Below, one piece after another: positions 9,191 through 19,512 of a stretch of DNA of 64,000 nt; position 1 is the stretch's first letter; each line of letters opens with the position of its first letter. This DNA is from Candidatus Aenigmatarchaeota archaeon (GTDB lineage Archaea > Aenigmatarchaeota > Aenigmatarchaeia > GW2011-AR5). The notes under the pieces are model-generated. The model did no database searches. It saw only the letters and a list, made by a program, of their open reading frames with translations, and was not told the DNA's origin. The position numbers were made by a program, and so were the translations under genes. Location: contig JAGVVU010000034.1 in assembly GCA_018304605.1 (NCBI GenBank), positions 3,555 through 67,554 on the forward strand, in the 5' to 3' direction.

Positions 9191-9793
9191 ATGATTTTCG
9201 ACAGCAAGGACGACAAGGTAAACAGGCTGAAAAAGGACGTGCATGACATGGAGAGGCGCGTGGAGAGCAGCCTGCAAAAGATGAATGAGACAATAAAGAC
9301 GCTGAACGATATAATACTCCGCCTCCAGAGGGAGAATGTCCAGCTGAGAAGCGAGAGGGATTTCCTTGTGGAGCGGCACAAGAAGATGCTGAAGCGCGTT
9401 CCCGTCCCGGATCTTGCGGCAGAGATAAACGAAAAGCTCGTAAAACCGGCAGCAGGAAAGATAAGGGAAAATGCGGAATTCGTTCAGCTCCTCGCGAAGG
9501 AGGGCTTTGTGGAGCTCAAAGATCAGGGGCCAAAGCGCCAGGCAGTCGCGAGGGATCCGGTCAGCGAATTGAAGAGTACTATAATCGACGTATCCAGCAG
9601 GAGCCATGGGAAGTCCATAGACAGCCTTTTCGAGATAGTCAGCAGGGCGGGCAAGATAAGGGCCGACGATGCAGCCAGAAGGCTGAATGTTCACGAAGTC
9701 CAGATAGAAGAATGGGCAAAAATACTGGAAGACCATGAAATGGTTACACTGAAAAAATCCCCGATGGGCAAGATGGAAATCGTAAAAATCTAA
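9191..9793 (+). CDS. Coiled-coil hypothetical protein
   Basis: 200 aa with heptad-rich N-terminus and balanced composition. Confidence 0.5.
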   Translation: MIFDSKDDKVNRLKKDVHDMERRVESSLQKMNETIKTLNDIILRLQRENVQLRSERDFLVERHKKMLKRVPVPDLAAEINEKLVKPAAGKIRENAEFVQLLAKEGFVELKDQGPKRQAVARDPVSELKSTIIDVSSRSHGKSIDSLFEIVSRAGKIRADDAARRLNVHEVQIEEWAKILEDHEMVTLKKSPMGKMEIVKI

Positions 9794-10149
9794 GACTTGC
9801 AAACAACGCATCCGTCAACGCCATGGAATTTTCCAACCTTTATCAGGCCATTGCTGATTATAAGATTTGAGACCGAGCACATTTTTGTCGAGAGGTCTTC
9901 GGAAGTTATCTGGTTCTGATGCAGCTTGCCGCTTATCTCCTTTATTTCATCCTGCACGGCCTTGTTCTCCAAAAAGCCGCTCTTTCCGCGAAGCTGCCGA
10001 AGATACTGCGATACGGCAGGCTGGCTCACGTCAAGCAGCTTTGCCACCTCGCCCTGATTAAGATTATAGCTGGCTATCAGCTCCTTAGCTATTGCTGCTC
10101 TAAGCGTAGGCAATATATCATGGACAACAACCTCGCAAACGGTTTTCAT
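9790..10149 (-). CDS. HTH DNA-binding regulator with C-terminal Cys cluster
   Basis: LNQGEVAKLLDVSQPAVSQYL helix-turn-helix. C-terminal GCVVCKS. Confidence 0.6.
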   Translation of the reverse strand: MKTVCEVVVHDILPTLRAAIAKELIASYNLNQGEVAKLLDVSQPAVSQYLRQLRGKSGFLENKAVQDEIKEISGKLHQNQITSEDLSTKMCSVSNLIISNGLIKVGKFHGVDGCVVCKS

Positions 10150-10263
10150 GCTTAATCAACCCCTTTCTTGATGACCATTATTTGATTGTGCGAAGACTTT
10201 AAATCTATAAGCCTGTTTTAAAAAATATGACTCCGTAGAAACCCTGTGAGAAAATCCCCATAT

Positions 10264-10689
10264 TTATTGCACTCGCCCCGTGCATGTTGCCGAATCCCTG
10301 TTGTTATCTATCCCATTCATCATATCGTAGAGTATTGAGATTTTCGAGCTGAACATCTCGTCCGCTTTCCTGCCGGTGGGGTCATGAGACGACGTTATTA
10401 TAAACTTGTCCCCTGCCGCGACATCGACGCTGGAAATTCCTATATTGACGCCGTCGACCGTCGCGCTATTGACGCGTATGCCGCTCACTCCGTTCAGCAG
10501 CTCAATTGCATAGGAATCCTCGGTCATCTTTTGGTTCAGAAAGACAAAGTACTGGAAGCCTGCGCACGTCGACCTCGTTTCGGTCCCCGGTAGGATTATC
10601 ACGACAAAAACAACGGCGATTATAACCGCCATAAGGGCAACCCAGGTGTATTTCACCAGCATGTCGGGGCTGAATTTCATATCCATCAT
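10264..10689 (-). CDS. Membrane-anchored hypothetical protein
   Basis: N-terminal transmembrane helix. 141 aa. Confidence 0.45.
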   Translation of the reverse strand: MMDMKFSPDMLVKYTWVALMAVIIAVVFVVIILPGTETRSTCAGFQYFVFLNQKMTEDSYAIELLNGVSGIRVNSATVDGVNIGISSVDVAAGDKFIITSSHDPTGRKADEMFSSKISILYDMMNGIDNNRDSATCTGRVQ

Positions 10690-10773
10690 TTACTCACCAT
10701 ATTTTTATAGTGAACCCACAAAAGAATCCGGACACGTCTGTGGGTTCACATACAGTGCACAAGGAAGTAATAA

Positions 10774-11616
10774 TCATCCGGGTTGTTTCCTTGCAGCACT
10801 ATAAGACTGACGTTTCTTTAGCATCAAATATGTGAACAGGCCGCCCAGATTGGCAAACACAAGATTCCTGAGGAACTCCAGTATTATCCATGTCGTGAAG
10901 GCGGCCGAGACGGGCAGCCACGTGATATATGCGCCAAAGAATTTCGAGCCAGTCAGGGATGCTGTTGTAGACTCCACGCGTTCGTCAAGCATTTCTGGGG
11001 ACATGCTGGACGCGCCCGGCAAAGACAGCGCAAGCGTCCGGACTGACTCCTTCAACTCCTCCTTGAACGAGGATTCGTATTGCGCCTGACTGGCCAATAT
11101 GGAAGAAAACACTCCCAGAGAGATGATTATATTGACGATAAGGAGGGTCTTTCCTGCTGTGCTGGAACCGACCCTGAAATTTACCCATTTTTTCATTTCC
11201 CTGGCATACATGCCTGAAAAACGGCTCGCGTAGGAGCATGACAACAGGGCAATTGCCAGGAATACGCCTGCTAATGTCGGAAACAGGACTACTGCAAACA
11301 ATGCGCCTATAAACCCCGAAATGATTCCAGCCCTCCACACATCCTTTCTGCTGCCGAAATATGCAAGAATTGCTATTGCGAGCGTCAGGAAAACCAGAGA
11401 CATGACAACAAACGCGAAGGGCCTGAGAAGCATTCCCAGTGCGTTGAACGTGTCTGTTGATGCTGAGAAAATAACTGATTTTATTATATGATTGTAGAAA
11501 TTAACAACTGAGGCTGTGGAAAAGCCGCTGAACCTGAGGAACAGCAGGAAAGCGAGGAAGGAAAGCGAAGTTAGCAAGACGACTTTTTTCCCTGCCCTGT
11601 CCAGATTTAGTCGCAT
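10774..11616 (-). CDS. Polytopic membrane protein
   Basis: 280 aa with six or more hydrophobic helices. Last gene of the surface-protein operon. Confidence 0.5.
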   Translation of the reverse strand: MRLNLDRAGKKVVLLTSLSFLAFLLFLRFSGFSTASVVNFYNHIIKSVIFSASTDTFNALGMLLRPFAFVVMSLVFLTLAIAILAYFGSRKDVWRAGIISGFIGALFAVVLFPTLAGVFLAIALLSCSYASRFSGMYAREMKKWVNFRVGSSTAGKTLLIVNIIISLGVFSSILASQAQYESSFKEELKESVRTLALSLPGASSMSPEMLDERVESTTASLTGSKFFGAYITWLPVSAAFTTWIILEFLRNLVFANLGGLFTYLMLKKRQSYSAARKQPG

Positions 11617-11622
11617 AATCGA

Positions 11623-12882
11623 TCATTTCTTTTTTCTAAGGAAACCTTTCTTTTCACCACTGACGGATGTGTTTCGCACGTCATATGACTTCTCCAAAAA
11701 GCTTGATGCTTTTGACTTTGATTTTTTCGGCGGCAGAACCAGGTAGATGACGAACACCACAACGCCCGCGATGACCGCAAGAATTATCATGAACGTGAAA
11801 TCCGCCGGCGCGCCAGCTGAAGGCAGCTCTATGGAGCCTGCCTGGCTTGATGCCGCGTCCAGAAGTCCCCTGACGTCATCCAGCAGCTGCTGTGCAGTGA
11901 AGTAGTCTTTTGCCTCAAGAGACTGATTGACCTGATAAAGCTTGCTTCTTGCATTCAGCAGCAGGGACTCGATCTCCTCGACATTGGCACCGGCAGACTT
12001 GAGGGAGGTAACGTTTGATTCGAGTTCGGACAGCAGAGACACATATCTGCCATATTCCGGGAAAATCTGCTCCTGAACTGTCTGGTTGCTGGGCTTGAGG
12101 TTGATGCTGAACGACTTGCTCGCCCTGGCCGATGTGTTGTGAGTGGTGACTTCGATGGTCACGGCATAAGTCTTCACATCAGCGCTGGATGGCGCCGTAA
12201 AATTTATAGTGAAACCGGTCTCGTTGTTCTTCACGCTCTGATTCCATTTCACAGGCGTTACGGATGCCCAGGTCAGTGATGAAGAAAGCGTTATATTGTA
12301 GAGCGTCGCGTTGCCGTTGTTCTTTACCGCCACCACCCTCACCACTGATTCTCCCTGAGTCATTTCAAAGTTCAGAGGAGCCGAGGTAAATATAATCGAT
12401 GATGTCCTGCTTGTCGTGTTTGTCGTGGACGAAGATCCACTGCTGCTTGAGCTGCTCGAGCTGCTGCCCGTGCAGTTGCCGGGCGTGCCGAATTCAGAGG
12501 GACAGGTCTGCCCGGAGCTGCAATTGTCCACCCCAAGCCATGCTCCGGAGCTGCATGCTCTGGTCGTTATGTTTGTCACGCAGATGTTGGTGCCTGATGA
12601 GTAAGCGCTGTTGTTGTGATAACAGTTGGTCGTGCTGCTTGCATTGCACCAGCCGTAGCTTGCAGATCTGCTAAAATTATCGTAATCGAAGAAGCATGCA
12701 AGGCCAACTCCCTGAGGCATACAATTCGAAGTTGAATTGCACAAGTCCACAGTGTATGCCCAGATGCCTGTGACCGCAGACCGGTTGCCCGAATTCGAGA
12801 AATTTATGGTACCTGAAAAATCCGCAAAAGCAGCTGCGGAGAATAAAAGTAAGAAAATTGCAGATGCGCTTATTGCCCTCAT
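11623..12882 (-). CDS. Secreted surface glycoprotein with Ser-rich linker and C-terminal transmembrane anchor
   Basis: Signal peptide MRAISASAIFLLLFSAAAFA, poly-Ser tract, many N-x-S/T sequons, and a C-terminal TM helix followed by KKSKSK. Confidence 0.6.
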   Translation of the reverse strand: MRAISASAIFLLLFSAAAFADFSGTINFSNSGNRSAVTGIWAYTVDLCNSTSNCMPQGVGLACFFDYDNFSRSASYGWCNASSTTNCYHNNSAYSSGTNICVTNITTRACSSGAWLGVDNCSSGQTCPSEFGTPGNCTGSSSSSSSSSGSSSTTNTTSRTSSIIFTSAPLNFEMTQGESVVRVVAVKNNGNATLYNITLSSSLTWASVTPVKWNQSVKNNETGFTINFTAPSSADVKTYAVTIEVTTHNTSARASKSFSINLKPSNQTVQEQIFPEYGRYVSLLSELESNVTSLKSAGANVEEIESLLLNARSKLYQVNQSLEAKDYFTAQQLLDDVRGLLDAASSQAGSIELPSAGAPADFTFMIILAVIAGVVVFVIYLVLPPKKSKSKASSFLEKSYDVRNTSVSGEKKGFLRKKK

Positions 12883-12887
12883 TTCAA

Positions 12888-14246
12888 TCACGGAATCGCT
12901 CGGAATAAAAAGTTGTATATCGTAAACCAATTGCTCGAAATTGCCGTGCCTGAAGGGATTACCATCCTCAAAATCACGGTGAATGTGGAAGCCGTGCTAG
13001 CCGTGTGATTGATGCCCGTAGTCCCGTTGTACCTGTTTAGTATGTTGAACCTGCCGGTCGTGTTGAAGTTCGTCTCGTTCCTCATCGTCGCATAGAATTC
13101 CGTCTCGCTTGAATTTGCCAGGCTTATGTTGTTGACGCCGTCCGACCAGTTATACATCTTGAACTGTATTATTCCGGGCACGGCCGCGCTGAAGTTGAGC
13201 GTGAAATTGAATTCCCAGTAGTCGGAGCCGTTGATTATTGCCGCGCCTTTTGTTATCATGACAGACGTGCCGTTTATTATGGGCTGCGTGGTTATGTTGC
13301 TATAGGTGCCGAGAACAGAAGACGATACGTTATACATCGTCAAATCGCTGCTGTATAGCGTTGAATTGACTGTTGATGTCGGAAGTGCTGAAAGAGAGGT
13401 ATTGACAAGCATTGTAACAGAAACATTGGCACCTTTTGCCAGAGTTGGCGTGTAAGTCAAATTGACCTCAGTAGTACCTACGTTGGTGCAGACGTCCGTG
13501 GCAACAGGACAAATGTCTATGCTTCTTGCCAGGTCGTTAAGCGTGACGCCTGAAATATTGACGAGAGTATATCCCGAAGGGAGTGTTATCCGTGTCTTGT
13601 TGACTGTCGTGACACCAGTGATCGTGAAATTATACACTATCGTCTGGTTCGTCACGTTCGTATCTACATAATTAGGCCGCATCGTCACGTTCGCATGGAC
13701 ATCCCTTGTCTCGCCCAAGCCTGAAGATATCGGGAAGCTGCCTGAAACCGTCTCATTGGTGCCTATGCTTGCCGCGCTCGTTATGTTCGCAGAAATATTC
13801 GCGATCACGGGAGCTGTTATGTTGAGACGGAATACGACCAAGAGCCTGACTGCATTGGCCGTGCCAACCTGTATCGGGCCTACGGTAATATTTGTCAAAT
13901 TTATTCTCGTCTGATTGCCGAATGTTATGTTGCTGCCGAAGAGCGTCGTGTCATTCGAATGAAAAATCCCGTCCCCGTCCGTGTCATTGTATATGCTGAC
14001 ATTCACGACGAAAGCGGAAATATTATTGGCTTCGACGGTAGTATAAGGAGTGCTGAAATTTACCAAAATCGAGGTCAGGTTGATCGTGGAATTGGCAGCG
14101 AGCAGCGATATGTTGAGCATCGTGACGTTGTCGCCGGAATTAATATAGCGGGGAACCTGGCTTGTCCCGCTGACCGTCAAAGTGGCGTCTGCGAAGACTG
14201 GGCTGACCAGAAATGCCAATACAAGAACAACTATGAGCGCTTTCAT
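12888..14246 (-). CDS. Secreted, heavily N-glycosylation-sequon-rich surface protein (S-layer candidate)
   Basis: Signal peptide MKALIVVLVLAFLVSPVFA. About 60 N-x-S/T sequons in 452 aa. Confidence 0.65.
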   Translation of the reverse strand: MKALIVVLVLAFLVSPVFADATLTVSGTSQVPRYINSGDNVTMLNISLLAANSTINLTSILVNFSTPYTTVEANNISAFVVNVSIYNDTDGDGIFHSNDTTLFGSNITFGNQTRINLTNITVGPIQVGTANAVRLLVVFRLNITAPVIANISANITSAASIGTNETVSGSFPISSGLGETRDVHANVTMRPNYVDTNVTNQTIVYNFTITGVTTVNKTRITLPSGYTLVNISGVTLNDLARSIDICPVATDVCTNVGTTEVNLTYTPTLAKGANVSVTMLVNTSLSALPTSTVNSTLYSSDLTMYNVSSSVLGTYSNITTQPIINGTSVMITKGAAIINGSDYWEFNFTLNFSAAVPGIIQFKMYNWSDGVNNISLANSSETEFYATMRNETNFNTTGRFNILNRYNGTTGINHTASTASTFTVILRMVIPSGTAISSNWFTIYNFLFRAIP

Positions 14247-14270
14247 TAAGATATCATTGTGGTGTGGCGA

Positions 14271-14280
14271 AATATAAAGA
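14271..14280 (-). promoter_or_regulatory. TATA box (TTTATATT) about 24 nt upstream of the ATG of the surface-protein gene
   Basis: AT-rich octamer at the expected archaeal promoter spacing. Suggests a leaderless or near-leaderless transcript. Confidence 0.4.
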
Positions 14281-14289
14281 TTTCAGTGT

Positions 14290-14655
14290 TTACGCGACAT
14301 TTCTTCTTGCTGCATGGCCGCTTTTCCTGGCTGTAAAAGGCTCTATCTTTATGGACCTGCCGTTCGTAACGTTCACAAAGTCCGCGTCAAGATAGTCAGA
14401 AAACTGCCTGTCGAGCAATACGCAATGACCATGCACTTCAAATTGCCGGCTGGCATAGTTAAAATGCAATTTTCCGCTGCCAGAAAGCTCCTTTTTAAAA
14501 AAGTTATCCCACTGTCCCGGATACAAGAGAGTCATAGAAGTGGCATCCCTAGTCATGTTTCTCACGGCCACTATGCTGCCATCGCCTGGCCCGAACGGCA
14601 GAAGAATCCTGCTGCTACCATCCCTGCAATATTCGACTCTTGCTATATACTCCAT
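14290..14655 (-). CDS. Hypothetical protein
   Basis: 121 aa with diverse composition. The overlapping plus-strand ORF is judged spurious. Confidence 0.35.
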   Translation of the reverse strand: MEYIARVEYCRDGSSRILLPFGPGDGSIVAVRNMTRDATSMTLLYPGQWDNFFKKELSGSGKLHFNYASRQFEVHGHCVLLDRQFSDYLDADFVNVTNGRSIKIEPFTARKSGHAARRNVA

Positions 14656-14668
14656 ATTTTATCACAAG

Positions 14669-14844
14669 CGTCCCCGGCGCGATTCGAACGCGCGACCCCC
14701 TGCTTTCCCGGACGACGCATTCGAAGAATGCGTCAGTCTATCTCTCAGATATGATGTCATCATCACACAACCCGCCGGCTGTGCTCTGTTCACCTCCATA
14801 CCTGATAGGAGGCAGGTGCTCTATCCAAGCTGAGCTACGAGGAC
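14669..14844 (-). tRNA. tRNA-Arg(CCU) with an intron of about 100 nt in the anticodon loop region
   Basis: Acceptor GTCCTCG/CGGGGAC. D arm GCTC-AGCTTGGATA-GAGC. Anticodon stem CCTGC/GCAGG with loop CTCCTA+A. T arm GCGCG-TTCGAAT-CGCGC. The intron contains the perfect hairpin GACGCATTCTTCGAATGCGTC. Confidence 0.7.
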
Positions 14845-15176
14845 TTACAGTAAAAGTATACGGAAATCGTTAAAAATAACCCAAATCCATAGATTACCAA
14901 TGGAAATCGGGTTCATCGGCGGCTTCATCATTCTTGGCGCCTGGATATACGAGGCCTACCTTTCATGGAAAAAAGGCGAAACGCCCGACATAAAATTTAT
15001 CCTCGCGTATGTCGTAGGACTTTCGTTCTTGACATATTACACATTCCAGATAAAGGATATGCCTCTCCTTTTCTTAAATGGCGCAATACTCTCCCTTACG
15101 CTTCTCGAGCTTGATCTGGCGCTAAGGCAGCGACATAAAAAGAAAAACAAGCGGCGCCAAACCAGAAAGTCGTCGG

Positions 15177-16933
15177 CTAATTTATGAATACCTTCAGCTT
15201 GTCATTCACCAGCGCCCTGAGAACTTCCTTGCCGACCTCGCTGTCCTTTGCCACGCGTATCTGGCTGTTCTTGCCAAGAGTAGCTGAGAACAGATATTCG
15301 TCCTCGACGTAGAAATTCACTATCTTGCCCGGGCGCGCCTCCAGTGTGAAGACGATGTAGGCGCCCGTTTCCTCTTTCTCGAAATCAACCGCATTGCCCA
15401 AAGTGGCTACCTTTGGGGAAATCTCTATGCTTATTCCAAGCTTCTCCTCGAGCGCTTTTACGGTTTCTCCGCCCTTTCCTATGATTCTCGGTATCACGTC
15501 ATTTTCGACCCTGACTATCGCCTTGTTATCGCCGACTATCTCCACGACTGCCGAGTGGTCGAAGCGCCGCAGCTCAGCAAGAAGCTGCTTTTTCGCCAAT
15601 TTCACCAGCCCAGATTCTTTCTTGCTGGCATCTTTCACTGGGATTATCACGTTCTCCTCGCCGTACGTGTAAATTTCGTATTCCAGAGCCGCTGTTTCAA
15701 AGTTCTTCACCTCAACCACCGGACGAGCCAGGTCTGCTTCTGTCATTCCAGTCGGGGTCCGGACAGTCAGCGAAAGCATGTAAACCTTTTCAACACGCCC
15801 CTCTTTTATGTAGATTATCGTATCGATTATGTGCGGAATCATCCCAAGTTCCACGCGGCCGATGAATCGCTGTATGGCATCTATCGGCTCTGTCGCGTGC
15901 ACCACGCCTATCATGCCTATGCCTGCCAGCCGCATGTCGGCGAATATCTCGAAGTCGTTTGTCTTCCTGACTTCGTCGTATATGGTATAATCAGGCCTTA
16001 CAAGCAGTAGCATGTCAGCAGTGTTTTCGAAAGATCCCTTGAGCTTTGCGTACTGCGTTATCTCAGGCTTTACCTGAAGGTCGCGCGGAGATTCCATGGT
16101 CTTGACTATCTTTCCTCCGGACTCCAGAAATTCGGCTATGCTCGCGGCGAAAGTACTCTTGCCAGAGCCGGGTGGACCTGCTATAAGAACGCCGTCGACC
16201 TTTTTAGACAGCCTTTCCTTAAGCTTGTCAGAGAGCTTGTACTCGTCAAGCGTCAGCTTCGTTATTGGCCTGACCACGGTTATCTCTATCCCGTCCGAAA
16301 ATGGCGGACGTGCAATCGCGATTCTCATGTCGCCAAGCTGGACAACGCTGGCCGTATAGCCGCTGACTTCCACAAATGAGTCATCCTCGTAGCGCGCGGC
16401 ATCCATTATCTCCTTTATTATTGCCTCCAGCTGCTCGGGCGTGGTGCGCTCCTCAGATATCCTGACAAGGTCAAAACGGCCCGGCATTCCTCGTTTTGCC
16501 ACTGGCATTGTGCCTTCCTTGAGATGCAGGCTCATGGTGTCCGGAGTCATCATACCGGACAATGCCGTCGTTTTTTTCTTCTCATACGGCTTGAAGTATC
16601 GCGACTTGACGCCCTCGGCCTCCGCGAACATGTACTGGACATAATCCGACGTGTATATGGTAGCGGGCCGCTCTTTGCAAGCTGGATCTCCTCATATGTC
16701 TGGCGACGCCCGCTTTTCGTCATCGTCACGTTGCTGTAGAGCGTGCGCAGCTTCTTCATCTCCTCAAGACCCTTGAAGCCGATTTCCCGGCCCTTGGATG
16801 CCTGAGCACGCAATTCCTCAACAGCAAATTCCGGAATGATTATTTCCGCTTCTGCTATTTCCCCTTTCTCTATCAGATCAGTAAGTATGCCCGATATGAG
16901 CACGCTCGTGTCTGGTACTATTTTTTCTTTCAT
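15177..16933 (-). CDS. PIN-domain / PilT-type ATPase / KH-domain protein (COG1855 family), interrupted by a frameshift near 16640-16690
   Basis: N-terminal PIN motifs (IVPDTSVLI) are in ORF 16550-16933. The PIN C-terminal motif ATIYTSDYVQ, the Walker A motif GPPGSGKST and the KH domain are in ORF 15177-16631, in another frame. Confidence 0.65.
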
Positions 16934-17144
16934 TTAATTCACCTTTTTTATCAAGATATTCGTTTTTGTAACAACATGCATCGTTACAAATGCCTTGCCT
17001 TTATTCTAACATCATCTTTTTCCAGAAGAAGTAAGAGTCAAGATTATTATGACAGGTGTTTATTTAAACCTTCTGAAAAGCCGGCTGCAGGATTGCTCCC
17101 CGACGTAAGCAGGACCAACGCGCAACGCCCGGTTTTCATTTTTT

Positions 17145-17253
17145 GTCAAGCGAAAGCGAACTCCTCTACTACAATACCACATTCCCTGCAATACTTGCTG
17201 TCATGCGCCGGATCGTACGATATCTTGTCCGAGCCGCATTCCATACAGTTCAT
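17145..17253 (-). CDS. Small C4 zinc-ribbon protein (36 aa)
   Basis: MNCMECGSDKISYDPAHDSKYCRECG. RBS GAGGTG 7 nt upstream. Confidence 0.4.
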
Positions 17254-17369
17254 ATACCACACCTCTGACAAGAAATAGGCTTTTATTATAAAGGCTTTTG
17301 CTGATTCGCAAAATATTTTTCAGAAAGAAGAAATGCTTTTAACCTGAGTCACTAAAAACCTGTGAACTG

Positions 17370-18638
17370 TCACTCAGAACCGATTATGTCTTTTATCCTC
17401 TTGATATTCCTTATCTCTACCTCCTTCTCATTGCCGCTTGCCATGTTCCTCAGCTTGACGACCCCGCTCTTCGCTTCCTTCTCACCGACAACGATTGAGT
17501 ATTTTATCCCCTTTGAATTGACATATTCCAGCTGCTTGCCCAGACTTCTTGCAGATACATCGTATTCTGCATTTATGCCGAGCTCCCTGAGCTGCTTTGC
17601 TATTTCCACGCAAAATGCTTTTGAGCCTTCGTCCACGTTTGACAGATAAACTGCAACCTTCGTCTTCCCGAAATCAACCTGTATGAAGCCCATCAGCCTG
17701 TCGACGCCGAGCGATATGCCTGTTGCCGGTGTTGGTTTGCCGCCGAACGCCTCTATCATCCTGTCGTAACGACCGCCTGCTGTAATTGTCAGCTCGCTGC
17801 CGCGCTGCATAATCTCGAAGATGTTTCCAGTGTAGTATTCCAGGCCGCGCACCATGCTCATGTCCACCTCGGCAGAAAACCCGAATTTTTCAAGTCCCTT
17901 AAGCAAAACATAAAGCTCATCTATGCCCTCCTTGCCACTTTCGTCTTTTATGAGTGGAGAGGCTTTTTTCACGTCGGTTATTTTCACGAACCTCATTATT
18001 TCCTTTACCTTATCCTCGCTGACGCCCTTGCCTTTTAGCTCCTCCACGACTTCCTTCTCCCCTATCTTGTTCAGCTTGTCCACCGTCCTCATCACGCTGA
18101 CCGAATCAGCTCCCAGCGAATCCAAAAAAGAGCTTATTATCTTCCTGTTGTTTATGCGAACGTAGAAATTTGACAGTCCAATCTTTTGCAAAACGCTGCA
18201 CGCGCACGCGACCACTTCCACGTCGGCTTCTGGACCTGCTGCGCCTACTATATCTACGTCAGCCTGGCAGAATTCCCTGTAACGCCCAGCGCCCGGGCGG
18301 TCGTACCGCCAGACCGTGCCGAGCTGATAGCGGCGGAATGGCTTCGGCAGGTTAGGATTGCTGGCGGCAACGCGACAAAGAGGTACTGTGAAGTCAAAAC
18401 GCAGGCCAAGCTCCCTGTCACTTTTGTCTTTGAAATAGTAAATCTCATCCTTTATCGCTTCCCCGCTTTTTGCAGTCAATAGCGCGAAGTCTTCAAATGC
18501 AGGCGTATCGAGCGGGTCGAATCCCCAGCTCTCGAACACGGCACGCGCCGTGTCTAAAATAAACTGGCGCTTTATCATGTCCTCAGGCAGAAGATCTCTC
18601 GTGCCGCGTGGCGGCTGGAATTGTGCCATATCTATCAC
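17370..18638 (-). CDS. hisS: Histidyl-tRNA synthetase
   Basis: Class II motifs: PRGTRDLLP, LRFDFTVP, GGRYD. Confidence 0.9.
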   Translation of the reverse strand: MIDMAQFQPPRGTRDLLPEDMIKRQFILDTARAVFESWGFDPLDTPAFEDFALLTAKSGEAIKDEIYYFKDKSDRELGLRFDFTVPLCRVAASNPNLPKPFRRYQLGTVWRYDRPGAGRYREFCQADVDIVGAAGPEADVEVVACACSVLQKIGLSNFYVRINNRKIISSFLDSLGADSVSVMRTVDKLNKIGEKEVVEELKGKGVSEDKVKEIMRFVKITDVKKASPLIKDESGKEGIDELYVLLKGLEKFGFSAEVDMSMVRGLEYYTGNIFEIMQRGSELTITAGGRYDRMIEAFGGKPTPATGISLGVDRLMGFIQVDFGKTKVAVYLSNVDEGSKAFCVEIAKQLRELGINAEYDVSARSLGKQLEYVNSKGIKYSIVVGEKEAKSGVVKLRNMASGNEKEVEIRNIKRIKDIIGSE

Positions 18639-18763
18639 TTATATCTTTGTTCTTTCCGATTTAAATCGGCAGGGGCTTCTTCTGCGGCCTTGCACTCTTT
18701 CTCTCATTCGCCGTCATTTCATAGAACCACCTCATGCAACCACCTAAAAATATTCACTAAATT

Positions 18764-18960
18764 CCATCCTCTTCACACCTCTTTGTGAAAATTATTTTCC
18801 CTTCAGAAACAAACAGAGCTAGCTCTAGCTTGTCGGCTATGTTAATGCCTAGCGTCTTGCGTATCTCAACAGGCAATGATATGCGCCCTTTCTCGTCGAC
18901 AGAAACAGTGAATTTTACGGAGCGATCTCTAGATCTTGTGAACTAATCCACCAGTTTTAC
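18764..18960 (-). pseudogene. AbrB/SpoVT-type DNA-binding domain ORF lacking an in-frame start (possibly frameshifted)
   Basis: VKFTVSVDEKGRISLPVEIRKTLGI matches the swapped-hairpin AbrB fold. The nearest ATG (MECKTGGLVHKI) is in another frame. Confidence 0.3.
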
Positions 18961-19026
18961 ACTCCATGTTAATCACAACAATCATAGAAATATCAAGCCA
19001 TTTAAAGTTTAGGTGGGAGGAGGATG

Positions 19027-19437
19027 TTACTCAACTGGCTGCAGACCAAGAGCGCCTATGCCGGCTTTGCCGAGATTTACGATGTGTCCTTCCCTGTGCT
19101 CGTATACAAGCTTCATGAACGCGACTACATCAGGCGGCAGCTCGACGTCCTGAAGGGCTCCTATCTGAATTGGCTCTGTTATGTTGGGATTATCGTAGTG
19201 CGGCATATCCAAGTGCACCTTGGTACGAGAGATGTAGACCCTGATTTCACCTTTTACAGGACTCTCTCTCAGGGCCATCCAGGATGTCTCTGCTTCCATA
19301 AAATATGTGCCATTGTACAGTCCTCTCTCTTTGTAGTGGACTTCGCATATGACTCTATCGGGCCTCTCATCAAATAACGTGTAGTACAATCCGTTCTCAT
19401 CAAAATGTTTCAGGCTTTTCCTGTTTATCTCCGCCAT
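19027..19437 (-). CDS. Hypothetical protein
   Basis: ORF 19027-19539, trimmed to the internal Met (MAEINRKS) to avoid overlapping the parvulin gene. Confidence 0.4.
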   Translation of the reverse strand: MAEINRKSLKHFDENGLYYTLFDERPDRVICEVHYKERGLYNGTYFMEAETSWMALRESPVKGEIRVYISRTKVHLDMPHYDNPNITEPIQIGALQDVELPPDVVAFMKLVYEHREGHIVNLGKAGIGALGLQPVE

Positions 19438-19512
19438 CACAGGAATCTTTGCCCTTACCATACAGCAAAGATAAACCAAATCTTTATAAGAGCTTGCAAA
19501 AATTATGAATTC

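Noticed and set aside
9107-9811. N-terminal 235 codons of ORF 8330-9811
   Set aside because: Cys/Phe/Tyr-rich, non-protein-like composition. It overlaps the well-formed coiled-coil gene 9191-9793 on the opposite strand. The eIF2B-like domain starts at the internal Met (MDFVSRLKK).
14540-14873. ORFs 14540-14833 and 14640-14873
   Set aside because: They overlap the tRNA-Arg gene and its intron. They are explained by the tRNA.
16976-17278. 100-aa plus-strand ORF
   Set aside because: Overlaps the better-supported small zinc-ribbon ORF (with RBS) on the minus strand, and has poor composition.
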